Shown here in pieces: positions 8,290-18,109 of a DNA stretch of 64,000 bases. Source of the DNA: Anaerolineales bacterium. GTDB lineage: Bacteria > Chloroflexota > Anaerolineae > Anaerolineales > DRMV01. The notes beneath the pieces are model-generated. The model had not been told where the DNA came from. It saw nothing but the letters and a program-made list of their open reading frames with translations, and did not search any database. Position numbers and translations under genes: made by a program. The stretch's first letter is position 1; the number at the start of each line of letters is the position of its first letter. The stretch lies in NCBI GenBank assembly GCA_027053355.1, contig JALUDX010000195.1, forward strand, positions 846-64,845, in the 5' to 3' direction.

Positions 8290-9668
8290 CCCAACCTTAC
8301 TGGCTCCCCGACGCCGTTTTCTACCAAATCTTCCCCGACCGTTTCGCCAACGGCGACCCTACCAACGACCCGCCCCGCGTGGCCCCCTGGGGCAGCCCGC
8401 CAACCCTCTGGGACTTCATGGGCGGCGATTTGCGGGGCATCTTGCAAAAACTGGACTACCTGCTGGATTTGGGCGTCAACGCGCTGTACCTGAACCCCAT
8501 CTTCCAGGCCACCAGCAACCACCGCTACAACATTAGCGACTATTACCGCATCGACCCCAAACTGGGCACCATGGCCGATTTCCGCGCCCTGCTGGCGGCC
8601 TGCCACGCCAACGGCGTGCGCCTGATTTTGGACGGCGTGTTCAACCACACGGGGCGGGGCTTTTTTGCCTTCAACGACATTCTGGAAAACGGTAAACATT
8701 CCCCCTACCGCGATTGGTATCACATCCGCCGGTGGCCGGTGCGGGCTTATGGCGAAGGCCCGGCCGAAGACTACGACGCATGGTGGGGCTTCCGCAGCCT
8801 GCCCAAACTCAACACCGCCAACCCCGCGGTGCGGGAATTCATCTTCGGCGTGGCGCGCTATTGGGTGGAGCAAGGGGCCGACGGCTGGCGGCTGGATGTG
8901 CCCAACGAAATCGACGACGACGGCTTTTGGCAAGAATTCCGCGCCGTGGTCAAGACCGCCAACCCCGACGCCTACCTGGTGGGGGAAATTTGGACTGCCG
9001 AGCCCCGTTGGCTGCAGCATTTCGACGGGCTGATGCACTACCCCCTGCGCGAAGCCCTCTTGGCCCTGCTGCGGGGCGAACTTTCGGCCTCGGCCTTTGC
9101 CGCCCGCGCGGAGGAACTATACCGCCTGGCCGGCGCACAAGCGCTGAGCATGTACGTGCCCTTGGGCAGCCACGACACCGAGCGCGTGCACACCCTTTTG
9201 GGCGGAGCCGAGAAAACCAAACTGGCCTTCGCGCTGCAAATGGCCTTCCCCGGCGCGCCGGCCATCTATTACGGCGACGAAATCGGCCTGGAAGGCGGCA
9301 AGGATCCCGACAACCGCCGCGCCTTCCCCTGGGCACGCGCGGCCTGGAACCATGACCTGCGCGCTTGGGTGCAGCGGCTCATTGCCCTGCGGAAGCGCAC
9401 CCCCGCGCTCAAACGCGGCGCCTTCCGCATCGTGGCAGCCAAAGACAAGCAAAACTGCCTGGCCTTTGCCCGCAGCCTGGGGGCCGAGGCGGTGCTGGTG
9501 GTGCTCAACACTTCACAAGTCCAACGCCACTGCCACCTGCCCGTGGCCGACTTAGGGTGGGAAGATGGCCGCATCGTACGCGACCTGCTCGGCGGCGCGG
9601 AGGGCATCGTCGCCGGCGACATCCTGCACTGGGATCTGCCGGGGCAGCACGTCGCCTGGCTGGCCTGA
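8286..9668 (+). CDS. GH13 alpha-amylase-family glycoside hydrolase (neopullulanase/alpha-glucosidase-like)
   Basis: Start at [24 protein letters not shown] (ATGA overlap with the previous stop). GH13 conserved regions [18 protein letters not shown], GEIW and LGSHDTER. Confidence 0.85.
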   Translation: [460 protein letters not shown]

Positions 9669-9706
9669 GTTCGGCGGCAACAAGCCGCAGATTACCCAGC
9701 CCCCCT

Positions 9707-10231
9707 TTATTTGCTCACCCGCAACTCGTCCTTCACCCGCCAACGCCGCGACCAGCGCACCAACACCAACCCCACGATGAGCACGAAAACCAGGCCGCCG
9801 TGGGTCATCATTTCCCGCAATTGCAGGCTCACCGTGTCGGGCGAAGTGTGCTCGATGGACATCTGCGCGCCGATGAGTAACAACTTCCGCACGCTGGAGA
9901 TGATGCCCACGAACAAAAACGGCTCCAAAGGCACGGTGTGTTCGCGCAAATACGTCAACACCGTCCAGAGCAACTCCAGCACGATCATCACCAGCAAAAT
10001 ATCGTGCACCGCGGCCAACACCGCGTTCTGGTAATGGTCAGGTGAAAACATGGGCGGGAAAATCTGCGCCGCGTGGTACAACAACACCATCGCGATGCCC
10101 AGCAGCAAAATACCCGCCGCGCACTGCAACAGGTCGTCCGCGTTGGAAAGCCAGCCCAGCAGCCGCCGCCGGGTGGCGAGAAAACCGCTGGCTGGCTTAT
10201 CCGCAGGGGGAAAATCCGAAGGCACGCTCAT
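9707..10231 (-). CDS. PsiE-like (phosphate-starvation-inducible E family) membrane protein
   Basis: 174 aa with four helices. The segment LVMIVLELLWTVLTYL...LEPFLFVGIISSVRKLLLIG parallels the core of E. coli PsiE as recalled. Confidence 0.5.
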   Translation of the reverse strand: MSVPSDFPPADKPASGFLATRRRLLGWLSNADDLLQCAAGILLLGIAMVLLYHAAQIFPPMFSPDHYQNAVLAAVHDILLVMIVLELLWTVLTYLREHTVPLEPFLFVGIISSVRKLLLIGAQMSIEHTSPDTVSLQLREMMTHGGLVFVLIVGLVLVRWSRRWRVKDELRVSK

Positions 10232-10380
10232 GGCTCCTCCTCGGTGCTTGGGTGCTTGGGTGTTTGGGAACTCGGGTACTTGGGCGCCTCTCTTGGCGGC
10301 TGGCGTTTCTGTGCGCCTCCGCGCCTATCCGCCATCATCCGCGCTTGTCCACGGGCCATTTCCCAAAGGCCGCACCGTTA
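10232..10380 (+). repeat. type-B element right half (left end missing)
   Basis: GGTGCTTGGGTGCTTGGGTGTTTGGG microsatellite-like module, then CCGCGCCTATCCGCCATCATCCGCGCTTGTCCACGGGCC, ending in a degenerate right TIR GGCCGCACCGTTAC (10367..10380). Confidence 0.6.
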
Positions 10381-10436
10381 CGATTATAATAGAAACTGCG
10401 CCCAAACGACCGATTCCCGTCCCCAAAGAGAACACC

Positions 10437-11363
10437 ATGCCCACTCGCCACGCGGTAAGCATCAGCCTGGGTAGCGCCAAGCGCGACAAAAAGGTGCGCG
10501 TGCAGTTCGGCGACACCACCGTGATCATCGAACGCATCGGCACCGACGGCGACGTCGAGGCCGCCAAGCGCCTCTACCGCTCATTGGATGGCAAAGTCGA
10601 CGCCTTCGGCATGGGCGGAGTAGATCTGTACATCCGGGTGGACGACCACAAATACCCGCTGCGCGCCGCGCACCGGCTCATCGAAGGGGTGAGCAAAACC
10701 CCGGTGGTGGACGGGCAAGGCCTCAAACACACGTTAGAGCGTCGCGTCTTCTCCCTGGTGCGGCCGCAACTGCGCGCGCCGTTGCACTTTCGCCGCGCCT
10801 TTATGCCCTTAGCGCTCGACCGGGTAGGGCTGGCGCGCGCGGTCGACGAAATCGCAGACGACGTCGTGTTCGGCGACTTCATGGTCGGGTTGGGGCTGCC
10901 CATTCCGGTGCGCGGGCTGACCACGTACATCCGCTTACTCAAACGCTTCTTGCCGCTGGTGGGTTTCTTCCCCCTCAGTATGCTGTTCTACGGCAGCGAC
11001 GGCGTCGAATTCCAGCCCAAATACGAAAAATACTGGGCGCAAGCGGACTTGATTGCTTGCGATTTCATGTTCATGAAAAAATACATGCCGCCGCACCTGC
11101 TCGAAGGCAAGACCTTGGTCACCAACACCACCACCGAGAGCAACGCCGCCTTTTTGCGCGCCCACGGCGTGCACCTGCTCATCACCACCACCCCCCGCTA
11201 CGACGGTCGTTCGTTCGGCACCAACATGATGGAAGCCGCGCTCACCGCGTACGCGGGCAAAGGCCGTCCCCTGACCCTCGAGGAACTCAACGCGCTGATC
11301 GACGAACTGGATCTTCGCCCCACGGCCACTTACCTGCAAGAGGAATCCGCACCGTCCGTCTAA
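10437..11363 (+). CDS. conserved protein of the family often annotated quinate 5-dehydrogenase (function unverified)
   Basis: Start at MPTRHAVSISLGSAKRD. The pattern SISLGS.KRD...IERIGTDGD...LDGKVDAFGMGG.DL matches that family as recalled. No Rossmann motif seen. Confidence 0.45.
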   Translation: MPTRHAVSISLGSAKRDKKVRVQFGDTTVIIERIGTDGDVEAAKRLYRSLDGKVDAFGMGGVDLYIRVDDHKYPLRAAHRLIEGVSKTPVVDGQGLKHTLERRVFSLVRPQLRAPLHFRRAFMPLALDRVGLARAVDEIADDVVFGDFMVGLGLPIPVRGLTTYIRLLKRFLPLVGFFPLSMLFYGSDGVEFQPKYEKYWAQADLIACDFMFMKKYMPPHLLEGKTLVTNTTTESNAAFLRAHGVHLLITTTPRYDGRSFGTNMMEAALTAYAGKGRPLTLEELNALIDELDLRPTATYLQEESAPSV

Positions 11364-11371
11364 GGATAGGC

Positions 11372-14300
11372 TCATTCGGGCAGGCGATAGCCAAAATAGC
11401 GCACCAACAGCGCGGCCATCTCCGCGCGGGTAAGGGAAGCATCGGGGTGGTAAGTGCCGTCGGGGTATCCTGAAGCCGCGCCTTCCCAATGCAGTTGCTC
11501 GATCCAATCGGCTGCCCAATGGCCGGCAATATCCGAAAAACTGTACGCGGCAGCCGCGGGCGGGGTGTAATCAGGGCCGTGCAAAGAACGCAAGAGCAGC
11601 ACAGCCACCTCAGCCCGGGAGACCGGCGCTTCGGGGCGATACGTGCCGTCGGGATAGCCGTGCACCAACCCTTCGTCTGCCGCCTCCTCGATCCAATCGG
11701 CTGCCCAGTGCCCCACCACATCGGGGAAGGTGTTTCCTGCAGCCGGGGGCGGCGCGTAATCGCCGCCATGGATCGCCCGCAAAAGGAAGACCGCACTTTG
11801 CGCCCGGGTCACCTGGTCTTGGGGATGATACAACCCATCCGGGTAGCCAGAGGTCACCCCTTCGGCGACCAGGCTTTCCACATACGGCCATGCCCAATCG
11901 TCGGTGGGCACATCAGGGAACGTGGGGTAGGGCGAAGGGCCCTCGCTTTCCCCCGCGGCAGAAAGACAATCGGGGTCATAGGGAAAATCCACCCAGCCGT
12001 CGTGGTCGTTATCCTGGCCGTCGAAACAGGCAGCCAGCGTGACGCCCGCGGTGCTGTGGACGTCGGTGAGGGGGGTATCGAAAATATCGGGTGCGGCCAC
12101 CAGCAAGGGAGTGTAGCCCCAATGCACCATTTGCTGCAATTCTTCGGCGGTGGGCGTGTAGCCGTTACGATAGGCGATGACCGCCGCGCCGGGGTTGAGG
12201 TACTGCATCAGCAGAGGCGGCGCGGTCAACGGCGTGCCTGTCCAGCGGCCTGAAGACCAGGGGTTGTCGGGCTGGAGGAAGAGCGCGGCGCGGGTGTGCA
12301 GATAATCGCTCATCGCGCCTTCGACCCACAACGCCACGTCGGGCGCCTGGGCTTTCAGGTGCGCCAGCCAGGGCAGTTGTTGGAGCGGCGCCATGTTGGG
12401 GAAGGCGTCCAGCCCCAGGGCGTGAGCGCCGCGCGCCACGGCCAAGGCGAGTTCCTGGTCGGCAAAGGCCGTGTCGTCGGCATCGTTGGGGTCGAGGGGC
12501 GGCACCGCGTCGGGGTTCCACTGTCGCGGCTGGGGAACCTGGCCTGCCCGCCCCCACCAGAAGCCCAAATCAATGCCCTGCTCGCCGAACTGGGCGAGCG
12601 CGTCCAACGAATTGGCGACAGGCGAAAGCAAATCGCTCATGAACTGGGGCGGCAGGTTGGTGTCGCAATACGGATGTTCGCCGGGCACCACGGCCTCGGG
12701 CGGGCACTTCCAAAACTGCCCCGAAAACCCCCACAGCATGGCCCGCGAATACCCCGCCTCGCGCAGGCGCTGCACATAGGTGGAAACAAAACCCCGGTTG
12801 TCATGGTCGGGGTTGGGGCCGTCGAGGCCGTATTTGTCGGTGCGCAAGGCCCAGTTGTGGCCGCGCAAATTCCACGCCAGCACGGTTTGTTCGTCAGGCT
12901 CGCTGCCTTCCTCGCAATCGCCCGCGTTCAGGCAGGCCTGGTACTGTTCGTAAGCCACCGTGCTATACGAAAGATTGAGACCGCTGATCGGGCGCAGATC
13001 CCGAGGAGTAATCTGCCGCTGACCGCCGTACAGACCGTCGAAGAAAGCCCGATAGGGGTAAAGGGTCAGCAACCAGGCCCGCGGGGGCGCAAAGCGCAGC
13101 GTCAGGGTGAGGGTCAAGGTAGCGCCGGGCGGCAGGGTTTGGTTCCCCACCCCAAAGTCGTAAACATGGCTCCAGTGCCCCTGCCAATACCACACCCGCA
13201 TTCGCGGCTGCAGGCCGGTGTGGGGATAATCGACCAGCAGGGCCGACCCGGCGGCAAAATGGCCGTCGTGCGCCACGATCACCGGCGCGTACGCGCTGGG
13301 GTAAGGGAAGTCGTCTTCGCCATTGACCTCGAAATACCCCCAGCCGCGGAAATTGCCCTGCCCGTCCTGGAAGGTATCTTCGGAAAGGCTGCGAAGGTGC
13401 AAGTAGGGGTAAGAGCCGGTGGCCAAAATCTGCAGGGTGTCTTGCTCATCGTGGGCGGCATAAGTCAAGCCGTCCACATACAAGTCGGGGAGGGGTTGCG
13501 GCGCGTCGGAGGGGTTGGTGATGGTGTAGACCACGTTCACTCCGGCAGGCGCTTCTTCCAGGCTATACGAAAGCGAGAGCGCACCGTCGCTGTGGTCTTC
13601 CCAAAAGCGTTCGCCCTGAAAAGCCTCGCGCAACACCTGGCCGTCGCTGCGGGTGGCGGTGAACGAAGGGTCGCCCGCCTGGTTGGTGAAAATGTCGATG
13701 GTGACGTCGTCGTACAACCGCTGTGCGTCGGAAGCCGATGCTTCGAAATCGTAGACCACATCAGCATCCGCGGCAGCGCCGAAATCGCTCTTGAACATCA
13801 CCCGCCGGCCGTCGGGCGAGGGCACGGGCATGGGCGATTTGAGGTAATTGGCCGCGCTGCTAAAGTGATGGCCGAAATACTCCACGGTCTGGCTGCCGTC
13901 TAACTTCACCGCTAAAATCAGGCCCCCGCGGTCGGGGTCGGTGCTCACGTAAGCCCACCCGGGGCGCAAAATGTTGCGGCAAGAGAGGTGCGCGTCGCCC
14001 ACACCGAAATCATCCGCGGTGTGAATCACGTCGGCCTGGTCGCGGTCCAGATGATAGGCGTTGATGGTGCCGTTTTCACCCCAAAACTGCACGTACACCT
14101 CGCCCCCCGCGGGGGTAAAACACAAATCGCCGTGGTTGCCGTAGCGCACCAGGCGACGGAGGAAGGCCATGTCGGTGGTGCGGTAAGCCTCTACGCCGTA
14201 ATGGCCGTCGAAGGGCTGCACGTTCCACGGGGGGCCGCTGTTCCAATTGATGACCACATACCGCCCCGATTGCGACACCGAAACCCAGTCCACGTGTTCG

Positions 14301-15013
14301 GGCATACTGCCGCCATCGCCCCACGCGCCGGGGAAGGTGCGCACCGTGATCACCTGACGGTGTTGCAAATCGAAGACCACCACGTCCAGATCCGCGCCCT
14401 TTTTCCCCACCAAGGCGACGAAATGGTCATGGATGTCTATGTTGCCTTCGCCGGGCCCCAACGCCACCCGGTCATAGCCGGTCAGGCGCCCCAAGACGTC
14501 GTAAGCGCCGGTGACGACGTCGTAGGTCTGAATGGTGCCATCGTCACGGAAACTGTAAAGCAGGTGCGGGTCGGTATTCGCCCAAACCGTGGGGTAGACA
14601 TCGCCCGGCAGCCAGCGCACCCGTTGGTGGGTCTGAGCATCGTAAATGGCCACCGAATAAAAGCGATACAGCGTGCCGTCTGCGTTCCAGGGCTGAATTT
14701 TGGCGTATTCGTGGTGGGGATACCATTCCGCCTCTGCATCGTAAGCGGTGATGCGCTGGAGGATAGTTTGGGTGGAAGGGTCTTCCACAAAGCCGCGCAA
14801 GGACGGCAAGGCCGGGGCAGAGGCTACGATGCGTTGGTAAGTGGTGTCTTTGGGATAACCGGGGAACGCGCCCTGCCCCCAACGGGGGGCGGGCGGGGGC
14901 ACCGCGGCCCGCGCTCGCGGCGCAGCCGCGCCCCAGGCCGCGGCCAGCACCACCCCCGCGAGCAGCAAACTCAGCCCCTGATGAAGCAGACGTCGCCAAC
15001 GCACAAGGCACAC
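11372..15013 (-). CDS. very large secreted SLH-domain surface protein
   Basis: 1213 aa with a signal peptide (LLLAGVVLAAAWGAAAPRARA). N-terminal beta-propeller-like region, an unassigned roughly 550-aa middle region, a DNDHDGWVDFPYDPDC Ca-binding-like motif, and three C-terminal SLH repeats (FPDV..W...YV/WIE....G...GYPDGTY.P...VTRAE.A..L.R). Confidence 0.8.
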   Translation of the reverse strand: MCLVRWRRLLHQGLSLLLAGVVLAAAWGAAAPRARAAVPPPAPRWGQGAFPGYPKDTTYQRIVASAPALPSLRGFVEDPSTQTILQRITAYDAEAEWYPHHEYAKIQPWNADGTLYRFYSVAIYDAQTHQRVRWLPGDVYPTVWANTDPHLLYSFRDDGTIQTYDVVTGAYDVLGRLTGYDRVALGPGEGNIDIHDHFVALVGKKGADLDVVVFDLQHRQVITVRTFPGAWGDGGSMPEHVDWVSVSQSGRYVVINWNSGPPWNVQPFDGHYGVEAYRTTDMAFLRRLVRYGNHGDLCFTPAGGEVYVQFWGENGTINAYHLDRDQADVIHTADDFGVGDAHLSCRNILRPGWAYVSTDPDRGGLILAVKLDGSQTVEYFGHHFSSAANYLKSPMPVPSPDGRRVMFKSDFGAAADADVVYDFEASASDAQRLYDDVTIDIFTNQAGDPSFTATRSDGQVLREAFQGERFWEDHSDGALSLSYSLEEAPAGVNVVYTITNPSDAPQPLPDLYVDGLTYAAHDEQDTLQILATGSYPYLHLRSLSEDTFQDGQGNFRGWGYFEVNGEDDFPYPSAYAPVIVAHDGHFAAGSALLVDYPHTGLQPRMRVWYWQGHWSHVYDFGVGNQTLPPGATLTLTLTLRFAPPRAWLLTLYPYRAFFDGLYGGQRQITPRDLRPISGLNLSYSTVAYEQYQACLNAGDCEEGSEPDEQTVLAWNLRGHNWALRTDKYGLDGPNPDHDNRGFVSTYVQRLREAGYSRAMLWGFSGQFWKCPPEAVVPGEHPYCDTNLPPQFMSDLLSPVANSLDALAQFGEQGIDLGFWWGRAGQVPQPRQWNPDAVPPLDPNDADDTAFADQELALAVARGAHALGLDAFPNMAPLQQLPWLAHLKAQAPDVALWVEGAMSDYLHTRAALFLQPDNPWSSGRWTGTPLTAPPLLMQYLNPGAAVIAYRNGYTPTAEELQQMVHWGYTPLLVAAPDIFDTPLTDVHSTAGVTLAACFDGQDNDHDGWVDFPYDPDCLSAAGESEGPSPYPTFPDVPTDDWAWPYVESLVAEGVTSGYPDGLYHPQDQVTRAQSAVFLLRAIHGGDYAPPPAAGNTFPDVVGHWAADWIEEAADEGLVHGYPDGTYRPEAPVSRAEVAVLLLRSLHGPDYTPPAAAAYSFSDIAGHWAADWIEQLHWEGAASGYPDGTYHPDASLTRAEMAALLVRYFGYRLPE

Positions 15014-15020
15014 TCCTTTT

Positions 15021-17435
15021 TCACGGCAAACCCAGCACCCGAACCAGCAGCGCCGACATTTCGGCGCGCGTCACGGCCTGGTAGGGGCGGAAGGTGCCGT
15101 CCCCGTAGCCGGTGACAAAGCCTTCCTGGTGCAGGGCTTCGATCCAGTCCGCACCCCAGTAGTTCGCGATGTCCGAGAAACTGTACGCACTCACGTGGGG
15201 CGGCGTATAGTCTGCGCCGTGCTCTGCCCGCAGCAGGAACACCGCCAGTTCACCGCGGCTCAGGCTCGCGTCGGGGCGATAGGTGCCGTCGGGGTAGCCC
15301 AAGGTGATGCCGTCGTTGCGCAGCGCGGCGATCCAATCTTCAGCCCAGTGGCCGGCCGTATCGGGGAACGCGGGCTCCACATCAGGTGGTGTGAAGGATT
15401 GGGGATAGTGCATGGCCCGTTCCAAAATGGCTGCGGCCTCGCCGCGCTTGATGCCCTGGTCGGGGTGGAAGGTGCCGTCGGGATAGCCTTCTACCACGCC
15501 GTCGGCCCACACGCTGCCAATCCAGGGGAAGGCCCAGTGTTCCACCGGCACGTCGGAGAAGGGCAAAAAGACCACGGTCTGCAGGCCGTCTTCTTCCACC
15601 CCCACGAAGAGATAGCCGGCGCGGCGGGCAATGGCCACAGCCCGCCCCGCGGTGGGGAAATAGCCAACTTCGACGGGCGCGGCGGGGTCTGAAATATCCA
15701 TCGCCCACACGCCGCCCTCGCCCGCGGCCAGGTAGGCATAATGCCCCGCCACGGTGAGCGCCCGCGCCTCGCCCAAGGTGGCCGCGGAGCCCGCAAAACC
15801 CGGGTGTTGCGGGTCGCTGACGTTCAGCACCTGCAGGCCGTCGCTGCCATCGGCTACAAAGGCATAATCGCCCACCACCACCGTTTGCCAGGCCCAGCCG
15901 TCGGTGTCGTAGGCGCCGATTTCCTGGGGGTGGGCAGGGTCGGAGACGTCGACGATGTGCACCCCGGCCTCTCCGGCGCTCAGGTACACCAAGTTCCCCA
16001 CCACGGTGACGCCCACCACGTCGCCAGGGGCCTCCAAGGCACCCACTTCGATGGGGGAAGCGGGGTTGCTGAAGTCTACCACCCGCAGACCGCCGCCCGC
16101 GCCCGCGGCCACGTAGACCAAAGCATCCTGAACGGCCACTGCCCGTACCCACCCCGGCGCGTCGTAGAACCCCAATGCCTGGGGCGCATCGGGGTGGCTG
16201 ACGTCCACGGCCCATACGCCCTTGCCGTCGGCCACGTAAACCCGGCCCTCGCCGGCCGCGGTCACGCCCAGCCCCCGCCATGGCTGCGTGACACTGCCTT
16301 CGGCCACGAAGCGGTTGGGCGGGTGGAACGAAAGCACCCGCAGGCCGGGCGAATTGTCGGTCAGGTAAAGGTAATTGCCCGCCACGGCCAGGCCCATCCC
16401 CGCGCCCAGGCTGGGCAGCACGCCCACCCGTTGCGGCGCGGTGGGGTTGGTCGCATCGACGATCTGCAGGCCCTCGTCCCATTCCGCCAGGTAAACCGTG
16501 TGCCCTTGTGCGGCCACGGCTGCCGCGAAGTCGGGCAGGTCGAGGGTGCTGCGCAGGGAGGGGCGGGCGGGGTCGTGGACGTCGAAAATGCGCAGGCCGT
16601 CGAAAGAATCGGCCACGTAGGCGTAGCCATCGACCAAAACCACCCGCTGCGCCCAAGCCGTACCGCCGGTGGAGGCCACGGCCTGAGGGTGAGCGGGGTC
16701 GCTGATGTCGATCACTCGGAAGACGTCCGCATCCAAAACAAAAGCATAGGGCGACGCCAAGGCCAAATCTTCCACCCAGCCGGGGGTGTCGTAAATGGCC
16801 AAAAGGCGCGGGGCCGTGGGATTGCTCACGTCGACCACCACCACGCCGACGTCGCCCGCGGCGACGTAAACCGTCTGTCCGTCCACCGCCACGTGGGCCG
16901 CGTTGGGGATGCCCATGGTCGCCAGCCGCTGCGGCTGGCTGGGGTTGCTGACATCGACCACGCCCAGGCCAAAGTTGGGGCCGACCACGTAGGCTTTGTC
17001 GCCGGCCACGGCCACGCCGGTGGTCAGGCCCGTGGTGGTGTCGCGGCCCAAGGGGGTCAGCGTATCGCCCTGCCGCAGGAGCACTTGCAGCCCGGCTGCG
17101 CCCAGCGCGGCGTAGACGTGGTCGCCGCTAATGGCCAGGTCTTTGACCACTCCGGCCAGCCGCGGGGAACGCCCCACCACCTGGGGTGCGGCAGGGTCGG
17201 CAGCGTCGACTACCAAAATTTGCGCGCCCATGCCCAAAAGAATGCGGCCGTCGGCCCACACGATGGCTTCAGAATCTCCGCCCGTGTGCGCCACCGACTG
17301 GATGTGTTCGCCGCCGCTTGCTTCGGCCTGGGCACGGGGCGCCTGCGATGCCCGCGCGGCGGTCCCCCGACTGCCCCAAACCAAAGCCAACATGAGAAGA
17401 AGAAAACACCAAGGGAGATGTTTGCGCTGCATCAT
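15021..17435 (-). CDS. secreted LVIVD-repeat beta-propeller protein with three C-terminal SLH domains
   Basis: Signal peptide, then more than 10 repeats of the type AYVA....GL.V.DVS.P..P, and three SLH repeats at the C-terminus. ATG at 17435 or 17432 preferred over the TTG at 17444 (GGAGG just upstream). Confidence 0.8.
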   Translation of the reverse strand: MMQRKHLPWCFLLLMLALVWGSRGTAARASQAPRAQAEASGGEHIQSVAHTGGDSEAIVWADGRILLGMGAQILVVDAADPAAPQVVGRSPRLAGVVKDLAISGDHVYAALGAAGLQVLLRQGDTLTPLGRDTTTGLTTGVAVAGDKAYVVGPNFGLGVVDVSNPSQPQRLATMGIPNAAHVAVDGQTVYVAAGDVGVVVVDVSNPTAPRLLAIYDTPGWVEDLALASPYAFVLDADVFRVIDISDPAHPQAVASTGGTAWAQRVVLVDGYAYVADSFDGLRIFDVHDPARPSLRSTLDLPDFAAAVAAQGHTVYLAEWDEGLQIVDATNPTAPQRVGVLPSLGAGMGLAVAGNYLYLTDNSPGLRVLSFHPPNRFVAEGSVTQPWRGLGVTAAGEGRVYVADGKGVWAVDVSHPDAPQALGFYDAPGWVRAVAVQDALVYVAAGAGGGLRVVDFSNPASPIEVGALEAPGDVVGVTVVGNLVYLSAGEAGVHIVDVSDPAHPQEIGAYDTDGWAWQTVVVGDYAFVADGSDGLQVLNVSDPQHPGFAGSAATLGEARALTVAGHYAYLAAGEGGVWAMDISDPAAPVEVGYFPTAGRAVAIARRAGYLFVGVEEDGLQTVVFLPFSDVPVEHWAFPWIGSVWADGVVEGYPDGTFHPDQGIKRGEAAAILERAMHYPQSFTPPDVEPAFPDTAGHWAEDWIAALRNDGITLGYPDGTYRPDASLSRGELAVFLLRAEHGADYTPPHVSAYSFSDIANYWGADWIEALHQEGFVTGYGDGTFRPYQAVTRAEMSALLVRVLGLP

Positions 17436-17500
17436 GGCCTCCAAACAGAAAAGTGCCTACTGCAGGGGCGAGTTGCGAATTGCGAGTTGCGAATTAGGAG

Positions 17501-17750
17501 GTAATTGTTCAGCCTTGGGAAAATAGGCCGCGGATGAACGCGGATCATTCCGGATAGCCGCGGATTCAAGCGCGGCGTAGGGCAGGGCGTCATCCCGCCC
17601 AGCCCAAGGGAGGCGAGACAGTGTGCCGCCAACACAGGCGCGCAAAGCAAAGAGAGATTCTGTGTTTTCTGTGCCTTCTCTGTGGCTTCTGTGTTTTTCT
17701 GTCTGCGGCATCGAGATTTCTCTTTTGTTTGCACTGAACGTTACATTTAC
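17501..17750 (-). mobile_element. type-B MITE-like element, inverted orientation
   Basis: Left end GTAATTGTTCAGCC. Canonical-like right end GCACTGAACGTTAC at 17731..17744. If the element extends to 17750, the flanks ATTAGGAG (17493..17500) and ATTAGGGG (17751..17758) match 7/8. Confidence 0.65.
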
Positions 17751-17804
17751 ATTAGGGGACAAATTTTGGGGCACCGGGCACACCACGACATGGCAACGTG
17801 TCGC

Positions 17805-17894
17805 CGGCCTGTGCCAATCTGTGAAATCGGTAGATGTTTTTCTGCGAAATCTGCGAAATCTGTGGTTTCTCCTCAGTCAAGGCCGAATCGTTAC
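17805..17894 (+). repeat. type-A right-half fragment
   Basis: GTGCCAATCTGTGAAATCGG...CTGCGAAATCTGCGAAATCTGTGGTTTCTCCTC...GGCCGAATCGTTAC parallels the right third of type A. Confidence 0.55.
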
Positions 17895-17990
17895 AACGCT
17901 AGGACAAGGAGAGTGCAAGAAGTGTACCGCGTGGGCTTCAACACATCAGGCGGCCGCAGCCCGCTTGCTCTCAGTATACCGCGCCACGCG

Positions 17991-18027
17991 AAAAAACGCC
18001 CGCCGAAAACCCAATTTCCGGCGGGCG
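17991..18027 (-). terminator. intrinsic terminator of the triple-repeat protein gene
   Basis: On the minus strand, a 9-bp GC stem CGCCCGCCG/CGGCGGGCG with a 13-nt loop is followed by TTTTTT. It lies about 80 nt after the stop at 18110. Confidence 0.75.
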
Positions 18028-18109
18028 TAGGGGGCAAAATCAGGGCATAAAGCCCCCGGGCTGGGGCGTCTGCTTCCCCACCCGGCATTTGAACAGCGGG
18101 CGCTGCGCC

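Noticed and set aside
10385-10390. TATAAT immediately after the MITE fragment as a promoter for the 10437 gene.
   Set aside because: There is no TGn extension and no acceptable -35 (CCCAAA at 17-nt spacing). It is too weak to list as a feature, though the position is suggestive.
12296-17504. Long antisense ORFs inside the SLH genes (12296..13903, 13988..15115, 15382..16656, 15741..17504).
   Set aside because: These are open frames expected opposite high-GC genes. Their products are Gly/Arg/His/Val-rich without motifs, and the sense-strand proteins have clear domain structure.
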